From the NCBI GenBank assembly GCA_964389675.1, contig CAYMEV010000015.1, positions 1 through 64,000 of the forward strand: 64,000 nt of DNA, written 5' to 3'. The DNA is from an uncultured Candidatus Sumerlaeota bacterium (GTDB lineage: Bacteria; CAYMEV01). This document shows, piece after piece, positions 54,654-64,000 of the stretch. How positions within the stretch are numbered: position 1 is the first letter of the stretch; each line of letters begins with the position of its first letter. A program made the position numbers and the translations under genes. The notes below the pieces were generated by a model. It saw nothing but the letters and a program-made list of their open reading frames with translations. It had not been told where the DNA came from and ran no database searches.

Positions 54654-56714
54654 CTAATCCTTTCCGTGTGTGATCTCACCGTCACAAATAGTATAGAGGA
54701 CCTTATACTTTTCATAGCCCTTTTTTATAATATCTTCTATATTATCCGATAAGACAACCACATCAGCCAAAGCTCCCGGTTTAATTTCCCCCCTTGCAGA
54801 TTCCTCGTATGAAGCATATGCAGGCACCCTGCAATATGAAGCGCAAGCCTGTTGTAAGGTTAAAGCCTGGTTTTTTATACCAGGAAGCCATGGTTTTCTG
54901 GTAACAGCATGGTATATTCCCTGTAAGCAATTGCATGGTACTATCGGCCAGTCACTGCCAAATATGAGCGGATTGCATATCTCTTTCAGGCTCTGCCATG
55001 GAAAAGCGTTTTCCCAGTATTTTTCAGGTACCATCTTGTGCCAGAGGGTCACAGGTTCCCTTTCATGCAGTGATTGCATTGAAGCAATAGTTCCGGTCTT
55101 ATAGAATCTTTCAATATCCTCAGCCCTGCACATTTCTATATGTTCGATCCGGTGACGGATCAGATGGCCTCTTCTCTTATCCAGAGCCTTATTTTTAAGT
55201 CTTGCTGCTTCAATGGCATTCAGGACATTTCTGACTGCTCCGTCTCCTATACTGTGGGTGGCAACCTGCAAACCAAGGCTGTCTGCAATTGCGACAGCCA
55301 GGTTAATATTCTGCTGAGAAAAGGCAGGAATACCTTCCAGGGTCTTTTTATCTAAACGAAAGGCAGTGTCTTTCTCAATTACTCCATCCATAAACAGTTT
55401 AACAGAATTCATGCTGATTTTGCTGTCTTTTGGAATATACGAGTTTCGGCTGTCCGAAAGACGCTGTTCAAGCCTTTTAAGATGTGGATGCAGGTGAATA
55501 TTATGCATAATCTGTTTTAGATCATGAGATGCCTGGTGGAGCATTCCTGCAAGAGGGTGAGTAAGGTTGTGCGTATGATGCCTTAACAGCTCGCTGAGGG
55601 TGTTATGGCGAAGTTCAACTGCTGCTTTAAGGCTTTCAATTAAAAAGGAATGAATCTCAGCTATGCTGAAAATTCCCTGACGTGCCTTATGCAGCATATC
55701 ACGAATTGCAGATGCTTCAATTATATCAGTAAGCATATGTTCATCCGGAACTACAGAAAAGGATGAATATACTCTAACAGGCAATTTTTTTGTTTCTTCA
55801 AGCTCAACCAATAATAATATAAGCTCAATATCTTCAGGAGGAAGGTCCAAACCCATCGAGAATACTCCTGTCAAACCTTTGCCTGCTAAATATGAGCAGG
55901 TATTCTGCAAGGCTGAAAGCTTTTGTTCTGAACTTAAAGGGAATTTAGAGCGCAGGACTGACTCAACCGTAAAATATACTGGAGGTTCAAGCAGTTCACC
56001 AGTCGGCAGGCCTTCATTATCCAGCGGCATATTATGTTCAAGGTCAAGCGCATGGATTAATCTGGGAAAAGGAGGCATTACCCGCATGCAATCAGCTTCC
56101 TGCAAGGCTTTACTGTTTGCCCAGCCTGTGTGCAGGTCATGAGCAAATACAAACAGCGGTTTGTCGCTGACAATGCTATCCAGGAATTTTCTTGCATTTT
56201 CAGGCGGTATCAGGGGTGGATCCGTATAGTGCGCACCATATACATATATAACCGGCATTTTATTATTCTGCCTGCTGAAATCCGATATCATAAAGGCTAG
56301 ATCATCCTGATTTTCGGCTTTTTCTGCGTCACAGCCCTGTAAATGTTCCGCTCCTACCATAAGATGGACATGGCAATCGTTAAATCCAGGCAGGACTGAC
56401 ATACCGCCAGCATCCAGGATAATTGAATCCCTGGATAGTATACTGTTTTTCCCTGATGGAGCAACTTCAGCAATGTAATTCGAACTTATGGCAATATCTA
56501 CAAGCTGTCGGTTTATTAAACGCGCATTTCTTATAATAATATCAGGCTCTCCCTTTACTGAATTCATAGCTGCATGGTGCAAAAGGGACCTGGTAAAAGG
56601 TTTTGGCAGCGGTTTTCTTACTATATAGCCTGGGAGGTCAAGTATCTTCCGGCGCACCCTGTGCATTGAGTTACGGACAATTGGACATGCCCTCGAGTGA
56701 TAATACATGAGCAT
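54654..56714 (-). CDS. Amidohydrolase 3 family protein (YtcJ-like)
   Basis: PGFNDCHVH, VKLFMDG, HSIGDGA, HRIEHIE, FGSDWP, GALADVVVL. Confidence 0.88.
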   Translation of the reverse strand: MLMYYHSRACPIVRNSMHRVRRKILDLPGYIVRKPLPKPFTRSLLHHAAMNSVKGEPDIIIRNARLINRQLVDIAISSNYIAEVAPSGKNSILSRDSIILDAGGMSVLPGFNDCHVHLMVGAEHLQGCDAEKAENQDDLAFMISDFSRQNNKMPVIYVYGAHYTDPPLIPPENARKFLDSIVSDKPLFVFAHDLHTGWANSKALQEADCMRVMPPFPRLIHALDLEHNMPLDNEGLPTGELLEPPVYFTVESVLRSKFPLSSEQKLSALQNTCSYLAGKGLTGVFSMGLDLPPEDIELILLLVELEETKKLPVRVYSSFSVVPDEHMLTDIIEASAIRDMLHKARQGIFSIAEIHSFLIESLKAAVELRHNTLSELLRHHTHNLTHPLAGMLHQASHDLKQIMHNIHLHPHLKRLEQRLSDSRNSYIPKDSKISMNSVKLFMDGVIEKDTAFRLDKKTLEGIPAFSQQNINLAVAIADSLGLQVATHSIGDGAVRNVLNAIEAARLKNKALDKRRGHLIRHRIEHIEMCRAEDIERFYKTGTIASMQSLHEREPVTLWHKMVPEKYWENAFPWQSLKEICNPLIFGSDWPIVPCNCLQGIYHAVTRKPWLPGIKNQALTLQQACASYCRVPAYASYEESARGEIKPGALADVVVLSDNIEDIIKKGYEKYKVLYTICDGEITHGKD

Positions 56715-56847
56715 TCCTTTCTTGGTCTATATTTTTGAATTAATAGAAAATGAAGCAAAAAATGAAATCTTGTGCATTTTGACCAGCCTGTTTATTATTC
56801 TTTTCAATATCAATTCAATATAATTTTGCACCAGCCAATCCTTCATA

Positions 56848-59127
56848 TTATAAAAGGATGGCTTCCTGTATCCTCTCTTTTAGATATGTAAGCCTGTCTC
56901 CTCTGCTATCCCTGTTAATCGCAATTGCAACTGCCCTTTTCGAACCTATTATTATAGCGAGTTTCTTCGCCCGGGTTATACCGGTATATATCAGGTTTCT
57001 CCTGAGCATCATATAATGAGAGGTTATAATTGGAAATATTATAACGGGAAATTCAGAACCCTGGCTCTTATGTACTGATATAGCATAGCTGAGAGTCAGC
57101 TCATCCAGCTCATTGAATGAATATTCAACGCTCCGGTTTTCAAACCTTACTGTAAGCACCCTCTCTTCAAAATCAATACCCGTAATAATACCCCCATCTC
57201 CATTAAATACCAGCTTTTCATAATTATTGCTTATCTGCATGACCTTATCATTTACCTTAAATAGCCTGCCAAATCTGGTAACAGATCTGTTTGACGGGTT
57301 GAAGTATGCCTGCAGTACTGTATTGAGGTTATGGGTTCCGCATACTCCGCTGTTCAGCGATGTAAGAACCTGTATATCAGATAAGCTGTTTATCCCTGAT
57401 ATCTTCGGAACATCGTATTTTATTATTTTTATGATAATATCGGGGATATCATGAGTTTTTTCCGTACCATAAGCCATGCTATCTTCACTTATTCTTCCAT
57501 TACCCTGGCTAAGCTTATTATTTTTGTCCTTTCTGTCATCAATGGAATAAAGATAGAGATCATTTCTGTTATCTACCTTATAATCAGGCAGATAGGGAAA
57601 AAGTCCCTGCCTGATCCTGTGGGCGGCAGTAATAATCCTGCTGGATAATATCTGGCGGAAAATCTGATTAAGCTCCGCTGAATAGATCCGTTCAGATTTT
57701 AATATGCTGTAAAGAACATCACCAGGGCCTACAGAAGGCAACTGATCTGCATCGCCTATAAAAATAAGCTTGGTATGGCTATCTACAGCTCTCAGTAGAT
57801 TGTAGAACAGCAGGATATCAACCATTGAAAATTCATCAATTACAATTATATCATAACGCAGCCTGTTGTTCTCGTTCTTGAGGAATCGGTTATTCTGAGG
57901 GCTTGTGCCAAGAATCCTGTGTATTGTTGATGCAGGATAAGATGTTATTTCTGATAGTCTTTTTGCAGCTTTTCCTGTAGGAGAAAGAAGGGCAATTTTT
58001 GCCTTCTTTGCTTTATATATTGTATGTATTGCTTTTACTATCGTTGTTTTTCCCGTTCCTGGCCCACCTGTAACTACTGATATCTTATTATTCAATACAC
58101 CGGCAATAGCTTCTTTCTGATTGTCTGTAAGCTTAATGCTGATCCTCTCCTGAACCCACCTGATTGCCATATCAATGCTTTTTATGGATATGTAAAAACG
58201 GCTTTTCAGAATATTCCTCAACATCCCGGAGGCTTTTATTTCAGCAAAGAAGTATGCAGGCAGGCTGTAGCAGCTCAGGTCTTCCTTCTCGATAGTGTAC
58301 AGCTTTTCTTCATTCAGCATCTTTTTAATGCATTCCCTTATCTTTTCAGGGCCTATATTGAGAAGCTCTTGGGCTTTGCTGATCAATGCCTTATCCTCTG
58401 TCATGGTATTTCCGTTTTCAGCATCGCTAAGGAGAACATAGAGAATCCCTGACATAATCCTTGATACTGAATCCTCTTTTATATTTAATTTCATTGCTAT
58501 TGAATCGGCAGTCTTAAAACCAATTCCCCTTATCTTCTCCGCAAGTATATAAGGATCTCTCTTAAGCTGTTCAATTGAATCAGCGCCAAATACCCTGTAG
58601 ATCTTGAAGGCATAATTCAGATTAATATTGTGCTCTGAGAGAAACATAATAATATCCCTGATTATGGCCTGGGTATTCCAGGATTTAATAAGCTCCTGTA
58701 TCCTTTTTTCTCCAATACCCTTTATTTCTTTGAGTTTCTCAGGATATTTTTCAATTATACTAAATGATTCTTTACCAAACCTGTCAATTATCATTTCTGC
58801 ATAATGTTTCCCGATACCCTTCACCATGCTGCTTGAAAGGTATTTTACCATTCCTTCTTTTGACTGGGGAAATTTCCTTGAAAATGAATCAAAGGAGAAC
58901 TGTATGCCATATTCGCGATTATTGACATATCTGCCTTCAAGATAGACCATTTCCCCTGGATAAGGCTGGAAAATATTCCCGCAGGCTGTTACAGTATTCA
59001 TCCTGTTTTTTTTTCTGACCGATATTTTCAGGACTGAATATCCATTCTCTTCATTATAGAATGTTACGGTCCTGATTTCTCCTCTCAGGCTCTCCTTTTC
59101 ACCTGCAAAATACCTATTTTCCAGCAA
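56848..59127 (-). CDS. recD2: RecD2 ATP-dependent DNA helicase
   Basis: N-terminal OB/HhH (GIGFKTAD), TGGPGTGKT, PTGKAAKR, IDEFSM, GDADQLPSVGPG, SVHKSQGSEF, YTGITRAK. Confidence 0.93.
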   Translation of the reverse strand: MLENRYFAGEKESLRGEIRTVTFYNEENGYSVLKISVRKKNRMNTVTACGNIFQPYPGEMVYLEGRYVNNREYGIQFSFDSFSRKFPQSKEGMVKYLSSSMVKGIGKHYAEMIIDRFGKESFSIIEKYPEKLKEIKGIGEKRIQELIKSWNTQAIIRDIIMFLSEHNINLNYAFKIYRVFGADSIEQLKRDPYILAEKIRGIGFKTADSIAMKLNIKEDSVSRIMSGILYVLLSDAENGNTMTEDKALISKAQELLNIGPEKIRECIKKMLNEEKLYTIEKEDLSCYSLPAYFFAEIKASGMLRNILKSRFYISIKSIDMAIRWVQERISIKLTDNQKEAIAGVLNNKISVVTGGPGTGKTTIVKAIHTIYKAKKAKIALLSPTGKAAKRLSEITSYPASTIHRILGTSPQNNRFLKNENNRLRYDIIVIDEFSMVDILLFYNLLRAVDSHTKLIFIGDADQLPSVGPGDVLYSILKSERIYSAELNQIFRQILSSRIITAAHRIRQGLFPYLPDYKVDNRNDLYLYSIDDRKDKNNKLSQGNGRISEDSMAYGTEKTHDIPDIIIKIIKYDVPKISGINSLSDIQVLTSLNSGVCGTHNLNTVLQAYFNPSNRSVTRFGRLFKVNDKVMQISNNYEKLVFNGDGGIITGIDFEERVLTVRFENRSVEYSFNELDELTLSYAISVHKSQGSEFPVIIFPIITSHYMMLRRNLIYTGITRAKKLAIIIGSKRAVAIAINRDSRGDRLTYLKERIQEAILL

Positions 59128-60118
59128 AATGGATCTCCCTGTCTTTTAGAAAAACTGTTTTAAGATGAGATTTTCCAGCTTCATGCAGATAAAATATTTC
59201 GTATCTTCCACTTTCCAGCCCGAAAATACTATAGGTAAGTATCCTATCTCTTCTAAGCCTGTAAATAGCGTCATTTCCCGTTATTAGTATTTCTTTGTAA
59301 TTATTTTCCCTGTCAGATATTACAATACCATTTTTATTCGTTCTCTTATTATGAGCGGCAATAAGAATGTCAAGGCCATTATAGCATTTTTTGTCAATGG
59401 GCGTGAAATTATAATCGTTGTTCAATATCCTTATTTCCTGAAGTTTTTCCTTTATAGGGAAATCATAATATGATTTGCTATATCTGTTATCCTTTTTAAT
59501 AAAAAGATAATTCGGCGTCACAAAATATAAAGATGCAAGCGGATCCAGCTGTATAAACTGTCCTTTGCCATTATCAAATTCAATCCATCTGTGAAGCACA
59601 ATGCTATGGTTATCAATTACCATTCCCCTGATTATATTATGCCTTATACCGCAGGCATCAAATAATTCACTCAGGACAAATATAATATCAACACAGGTGC
59701 CTTCCTTTTCAGCAAGTATTTCCCTTATGCTGGTGGGTTTCCTTGTCATAAGCCCTGCATTGTATCTGATATTATTCCTTAACCAGAAGACCAGGCATTC
59801 GACTGCCTGGTTCAGGTATACGGACCCATCGGTTATTTTTCGCGCAAGGCTTATTATATATTTATCATCATAATCTCCGGGATTGAAAACAAACCTTCCT
59901 GAAGGTATATTAGAGCTGCTGATACTGGAAGAGACCCTGACAAGGTAGTTGCCGTCAATCTTTACAACTTTCTGTTCATAGCCCACAGATTCATAATCAG
60001 AAAGGATATCATGCTTTGAGTAGATCTCCAGGGTGCCGGAACCCTTGACATATAAAAGGTCTGAAAGGGCTATTAAAGGCATAAAAAGGATTATAAGCAG
60101 TGCAATAAATCTCATCAT
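59114..60118 (-). CDS. Secreted transglutaminase-like domain protein
   Basis: Signal peptide and putative Cys-His-Asp triad (GTCVD, HRWIEF, LDP). Confidence 0.7.
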   Translation of the reverse strand: MMRFIALLIILFMPLIALSDLLYVKGSGTLEIYSKHDILSDYESVGYEQKVVKIDGNYLVRVSSSISSSNIPSGRFVFNPGDYDDKYIISLARKITDGSVYLNQAVECLVFWLRNNIRYNAGLMTRKPTSIREILAEKEGTCVDIIFVLSELFDACGIRHNIIRGMVIDNHSIVLHRWIEFDNGKGQFIQLDPLASLYFVTPNYLFIKKDNRYSKSYYDFPIKEKLQEIRILNNDYNFTPIDKKCYNGLDILIAAHNKRTNKNGIVISDRENNYKEILITGNDAIYRLRRDRILTYSIFGLESGRYEIFYLHEAGKSHLKTVFLKDREIHFAGK

Positions 60119-60130
60119 AAATATAGCTGA

Positions 60131-61522
60131 TCAGCTATAGGTGATCTCTATTTCGTCTGTTGGAGGCTTACTGGATAATTTCGCCTTTATCTTGGTGATA
60201 AATACCTTGGCTATCTTGTTATCCTTATCAATTGTCAAAGCCCGGAAGAAGTATTCCTGAGCCTTTGCAAGCTTTTCCTGCTTGAAATATATTTTGCCCA
60301 GTAAAAGCAGTACCTGGAGATAATTCTGGTTTATACTGCAAGCCTTGGTCAGGCTAAATATTGCTTCTTCGTAATTATTAGTATAGTATTCAATTAAACC
60401 CAGAATATAAAGCATATCCACATAATTAGGCTGAAGCTTAAGCAGCTTTTTGATGGATTCCCGTGCTTTGTCGAGCTTTCCTTCGTAGAAGTATTGTTTC
60501 GAAATATTTGTATAATCGATAAAATATGGAATATCATCAAGGGAATACCTGCAGATCTCCAGCAAAAAAGGATTATATTCAAAAGCTTTTGCTATAAGGT
60601 TCTCAGCTTCACTGCCCCTTTTCAGTTTAATTGCCTCTATTGCAGCATTGAACCGGTTATCATTTATGAAAGGATTAAGCGCTTTTGCCTTTCTGAGAAA
60701 AGGAAGGGCCTGGTTTAGATTATTGGTCCTTATCAAAAGAAGAGCTGTAAAAATATAGGCATCCAGGAATCTGTTATTGTTTTTCAGAGCTGACTGAAAG
60801 TACATATATGCCTTCTTATAGTCCTTTTTAAGGCAGTATAGCCTGCCAACAAAAAAATTTATATCTACATAATCAGGGTGTTTCTCTAAAAGTGACATGG
60901 CTGATGCCAGGACACCTTCGATATTCCCCTTTTTCAGCTCAGCATTCCATTCTGATATCATTATCTCACGGCTTGAAATATGGAAATTAATGATTTCATC
61001 TTCTGGCTCTATTTTTATGAACCGGTTTACCTTATAGGATTGTATCTCAATAATAATACTGTATAATTCCGGTTTGAGCGCAAATATAACTGGTTTTGCA
61101 TTCTTTATGAATTTGGTCATCTGGGTTTTTGGTATTGTCACAGATGCTTTATCGACAGTCTGATTATCAAGACATACCATGAACTCAACTGAGATCTCCG
61201 AACCCAGATTAAATGTTATAATTTTCTCGTCATTTGGTTTTAAGTCAACCTCTATCACCTGGGAAAATTCACCCGAGCTCTTTTCTGTTTCATGGTAAAT
61301 ATCCAGCTCCAGAATATCCCCTTTCAAGACAACTTTGTATTTACCCGGGGAAAGGTGCTTAATAGTTGCATGCGCTTTGTTCTCACCGACAATTCTGGTA
61401 AGGTTGTATCTTTTCCTGATGGGAAGCAGTTCAACATAAAACTGTGTATTTTCTTCTCTCTCAGAATATAATACATTAACCTTCAACTTGCTTTCCTGTG
61501 TAGGGTCGTATTTTACTTTCAT
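60131..61522 (-). CDS. Tandem beta-sandwich + TPR protein
   Basis: Beta-rich N-terminal region of about 185 aa, then TPRs (PDYVDINFFVG, PNYVDMLYILG). No signal peptide. Confidence 0.8.
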   Translation of the reverse strand: MKVKYDPTQESKLKVNVLYSEREENTQFYVELLPIRKRYNLTRIVGENKAHATIKHLSPGKYKVVLKGDILELDIYHETEKSSGEFSQVIEVDLKPNDEKIITFNLGSEISVEFMVCLDNQTVDKASVTIPKTQMTKFIKNAKPVIFALKPELYSIIIEIQSYKVNRFIKIEPEDEIINFHISSREIMISEWNAELKKGNIEGVLASAMSLLEKHPDYVDINFFVGRLYCLKKDYKKAYMYFQSALKNNNRFLDAYIFTALLLIRTNNLNQALPFLRKAKALNPFINDNRFNAAIEAIKLKRGSEAENLIAKAFEYNPFLLEICRYSLDDIPYFIDYTNISKQYFYEGKLDKARESIKKLLKLQPNYVDMLYILGLIEYYTNNYEEAIFSLTKACSINQNYLQVLLLLGKIYFKQEKLAKAQEYFFRALTIDKDNKIAKVFITKIKAKLSSKPPTDEIEITYS

Positions 61523-61567
61523 TTTGTACCCCTTCCTTTGCAGCTGTTTTTTTGAAGGCTATTTCAA

Positions 61568-62458
61568 TCAGCCTACGAATTCAGCTTTATCATCATGGAG
61601 AATATATATCTTCATCAAAAGCGTGTAATCAATATTATTAATAAAGCTCTTTATCTCCTCTATAGTATACCTTTGTGAAAAATGGGTCAACAAAAGAACC
61701 TTTATCTTTTTCTTCCTAAGCTGCAAAAGAAGCTCTTCAAGCGAAGAATGTGAATCAAATCCTCTATCTGAGGAATAGAGAAATGTTGAATCAAATATCC
61801 CTATATCCAAATTATCTGGTGAATGAGCATTGAGAAGATAAGAATCACCTGAATAGAATAACCTGCATCTTAGTTCACTCCTGAACAGCTCATCATGATC
61901 AATGCTTTTTTTTAATTGGATGATATTTTCCCCTGAATATCTTTCTTTGAGCTTAGTATTCCTTTCAAAGAGAGCATAGGAAAAACAGTGATTATCATGT
62001 TTTACGGGATATGCTTTTATAAATGAGTCCCTGCCCAGAAATACTTCAGAGTAGTCATTCACTCCAATAAGCTTCAGGTCATATTGCAGGGGCAGTTCAA
62101 GTGAACTGAAATACTGAATCCATTTTAGAATATAGTCATTTTTTTTCGGGTAAAATATCCTTAAAGGGTTTTTTGTGCCTCCCTTTACAATATTCCTTAA
62201 ATGCAGAAAACCCATTAGCCCTCCAAAATGGTCAGAGTGATGATGCGTAATAAATACCCTGTTTATTCTCAGGACTCGCTCCTTAAGAAAAAGCGAAATC
62301 CCTTCCCCGCAATCAAAAAGTATATTATAGCCTGATATTAAGTAAAAGTTTGAATATAGTGCTTTTGCAAAGAAGGATAAGGATTTGCCAGCTATATTTA
62401 TGTTACCGTATTTTATCAATTTCCAAAAAATTTCTATTTTACTTGATAATAAATTCAA
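61568..62458 (-). CDS. rnz: Ribonuclease Z, Thermotoga (TM)-type
   Basis: FAKALYSN, LFDCGEG, THHHSDH, KLKERY (TM-type arm), YSGDS, DSTFL, HSS, THFSQRY. True start may be somewhat downstream of 62458. Confidence 0.78.
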   Translation of the reverse strand: MNLLSSKIEIFWKLIKYGNINIAGKSLSFFAKALYSNFYLISGYNILFDCGEGISLFLKERVLRINRVFITHHHSDHFGGLMGFLHLRNIVKGGTKNPLRIFYPKKNDYILKWIQYFSSLELPLQYDLKLIGVNDYSEVFLGRDSFIKAYPVKHDNHCFSYALFERNTKLKERYSGENIIQLKKSIDHDELFRSELRCRLFYSGDSYLLNAHSPDNLDIGIFDSTFLYSSDRGFDSHSSLEELLLQLRKKKIKVLLLTHFSQRYTIEEIKSFINNIDYTLLMKIYILHDDKAEFVG

Positions 62459-62538
62459 TTTATTATAATATTAAGCAGATATCAATATTTATTATAAAAC
62501 AACTATTAAATATTGGAATTTAACAGAGGTGTTTTATT

Positions 62539-63855
62539 ATGCATCATATAAACTGCAGTTTTTGCGGAACAAAGCTGAAAATAAAAAAAATACCGGAAGG
62601 TAAAGAATCCCTGAGGCTTAAATGCCCAAAGTGCATGAAAATTTTTACAATCGACCTGTCAACAATTCTTGATAAAAAGCCTCACGAACCGGAAACTGTT
62701 GCAAACAAGCCAAAAACAAACGGTATCTCTGAGGATTATCTTGACGAGTTATTATCCAGCACAAAGAAAGAACCAGCTCCTCAGGCTAAAAAGGAGAAAC
62801 CGATAAGCAATCTTTCAGACCTTGTTCCAGAAGAACCTAAGGATATATTTGCTCATGAAAAGCCTCAGGAGCTTTATTCAGTCATAAAGGCAAATGGCAA
62901 AAGGCTTGGCCCGATGAGCTATGTAGCTTTACTTCAAAAAGTAAAGGATGGTGAAGTAATAGGCATAGATACAATCGAAACACAGTCAGGGCTTAGAAAA
63001 CCTCCAATAAGCTTTATTGAGATAAAGAGGATACTGCAGGAGAAGATCAGAGAACAGAACATGAGAAGCGAAGATTCACTGGGAATTGATATGTCATATG
63101 GCGTAAGAAAGGAAAAGAGGAAGGTAACACTTTATCTTCTGTTAGCTCTTCTGGGGATCATGATCCTGATATATGCCTTAATTACAGTCCCAGGCTATTT
63201 TAAGAGTGAACCCGGCCGGCAGGCAGACAGCATTGAAGAACCTGCCGGATCAGATTCAGAGAAGAGCCTGGCCTCAGTTGAAACCCCAGACAAGGAAGAA
63301 TCCGCAGTTTCGGAAGAAAAAACAGTAAAAATAATTAATTTCTCAGATGAATCAATAAGGAATTATTTCTCTGCCTCAGGAAGCTATTACAGGGATGCCA
63401 CAAATCATTTAAGAAGCCGCAACTACTCTGAAACCCAGAAGGATTTAGACTATATACTGCTCAGCTCAGGCTCAAACCCTACTACAATCCTGCTTAAACT
63501 TCAGGTTTACCTTATGTCAGGTGAGCTTGAAAAGGGATTTGATGATTTCCAGACAATGATAACAGTCCCGGCGCTTCAGGATGATATTTACATCAATCTC
63601 GGGTTCGGCGTCATCAATACAATGCTTGGAAACTTCGATGATGCAAAAACTCACATTGAAAGGACAAGATTTGTAGAACCCAATAACCCTTTTATATTAT
63701 TCTACAGCAGTATACTTGAGTATAGACAGAAGGAATATGACAGGGCCATTCAATATATGCAGGATGCAATTGACAACTCTCCTTCTGATTTTATATTTCT
63801 GAGAGATATGAGAAATATGCTCAGAGAGTTTCAAAAAACCAAGGAAGCTTCCTGA
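62539..63855 (+). CDS. Zinc-ribbon / GYF-like / TM / TPR membrane protein
   Basis: CSFC...CPKC finger, GYF_2-like NGKRLGPMS...VKDGEV, one TM (VTLYLLLALLGIMILIYALITV), C-terminal TPRs. GAGGT RBS. Confidence 0.75.
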   Translation: MHHINCSFCGTKLKIKKIPEGKESLRLKCPKCMKIFTIDLSTILDKKPHEPETVANKPKTNGISEDYLDELLSSTKKEPAPQAKKEKPISNLSDLVPEEPKDIFAHEKPQELYSVIKANGKRLGPMSYVALLQKVKDGEVIGIDTIETQSGLRKPPISFIEIKRILQEKIREQNMRSEDSLGIDMSYGVRKEKRKVTLYLLLALLGIMILIYALITVPGYFKSEPGRQADSIEEPAGSDSEKSLASVETPDKEESAVSEEKTVKIINFSDESIRNYFSASGSYYRDATNHLRSRNYSETQKDLDYILLSSGSNPTTILLKLQVYLMSGELEKGFDDFQTMITVPALQDDIYINLGFGVINTMLGNFDDAKTHIERTRFVEPNNPFILFYSSILEYRQKEYDRAIQYMQDAIDNSPSDFIFLRDMRNMLREFQKTKEAS

Positions 63856-63992
63856 TACAGGAATAGTACCCTCTATTAAACCTCTGTATTAAAACAGCCT
63901 GCCTTTATTTTATTGACCTAAAATTTTAAACTGTTAGATAAATAATAGCTTCACGAAAAGCACTAAATATTTTATTAAGGAGGAAGATTGAA

Positions 63993-64000
63993 ATGCCGAA
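63993..64000 (+). CDS. Probable start of the next CDS (truncated by window edge)
   Basis: AAGGAGG RBS followed by ATG CCG AA. Confidence 0.45.

Noticed and set aside
860-60718. Numerous 60-170 aa ORFs antisense to or nested within long genes
   Set aside because: Shadow ORFs with no motifs or RBS, overlapping well-supported CDSs.

Overview
AT-rich bacterial chromosomal segment with about 50 CDSs and 3 tRNAs (Val-TAC, Asp-GTC, Asn-GTT). I found no integrase, transposase or CRISPR array. Gene content suggests a diderm (LpxL-type acyltransferase, CsgG-family protein, Wzm/Wzt) anaerobe (rubredoxin, rubrerythrin, desulfoferrodoxin and ferritin beside a Fur/PerR regulator with a visible operator). 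It carries housekeeping genes (der, alr, queG, glnA, recD2, RNase Z, ogg, iscS/iscU), two kinase-NTPase-TPR proteins and myxobacteria-like polarity/pilus components (MglA, DUF4388, a short PilB/GspE, a zinc-ribbon/GYF membrane protein, several TPR proteins). Five observations stand out. (1) copA is split by a -1 frameshift at an A9 run exactly between its two metal-binding domains and its membrane domain. (2) Two unrelated secreted proteins share a 104-aa C-terminal domain ending RLQWQ, a candidate sorting/anchoring domain. (3) A glnA / divergent MurD-like ligase / PLP enzyme / ATP-grasp operon may encode an undescribed amide-bond-forming pathway. (4) A TPR protein at 60-61.5 kb looks like a fusion of modules from two adjacent genes of the PilB operon at 16-21 kb. 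(5) The 42-43 kb intergenic region holds a CTAG-flanked MITE-like inverted repeat and a degenerate tandem structured repeat. All family assignments are from motif recognition by eye; no searches were run.
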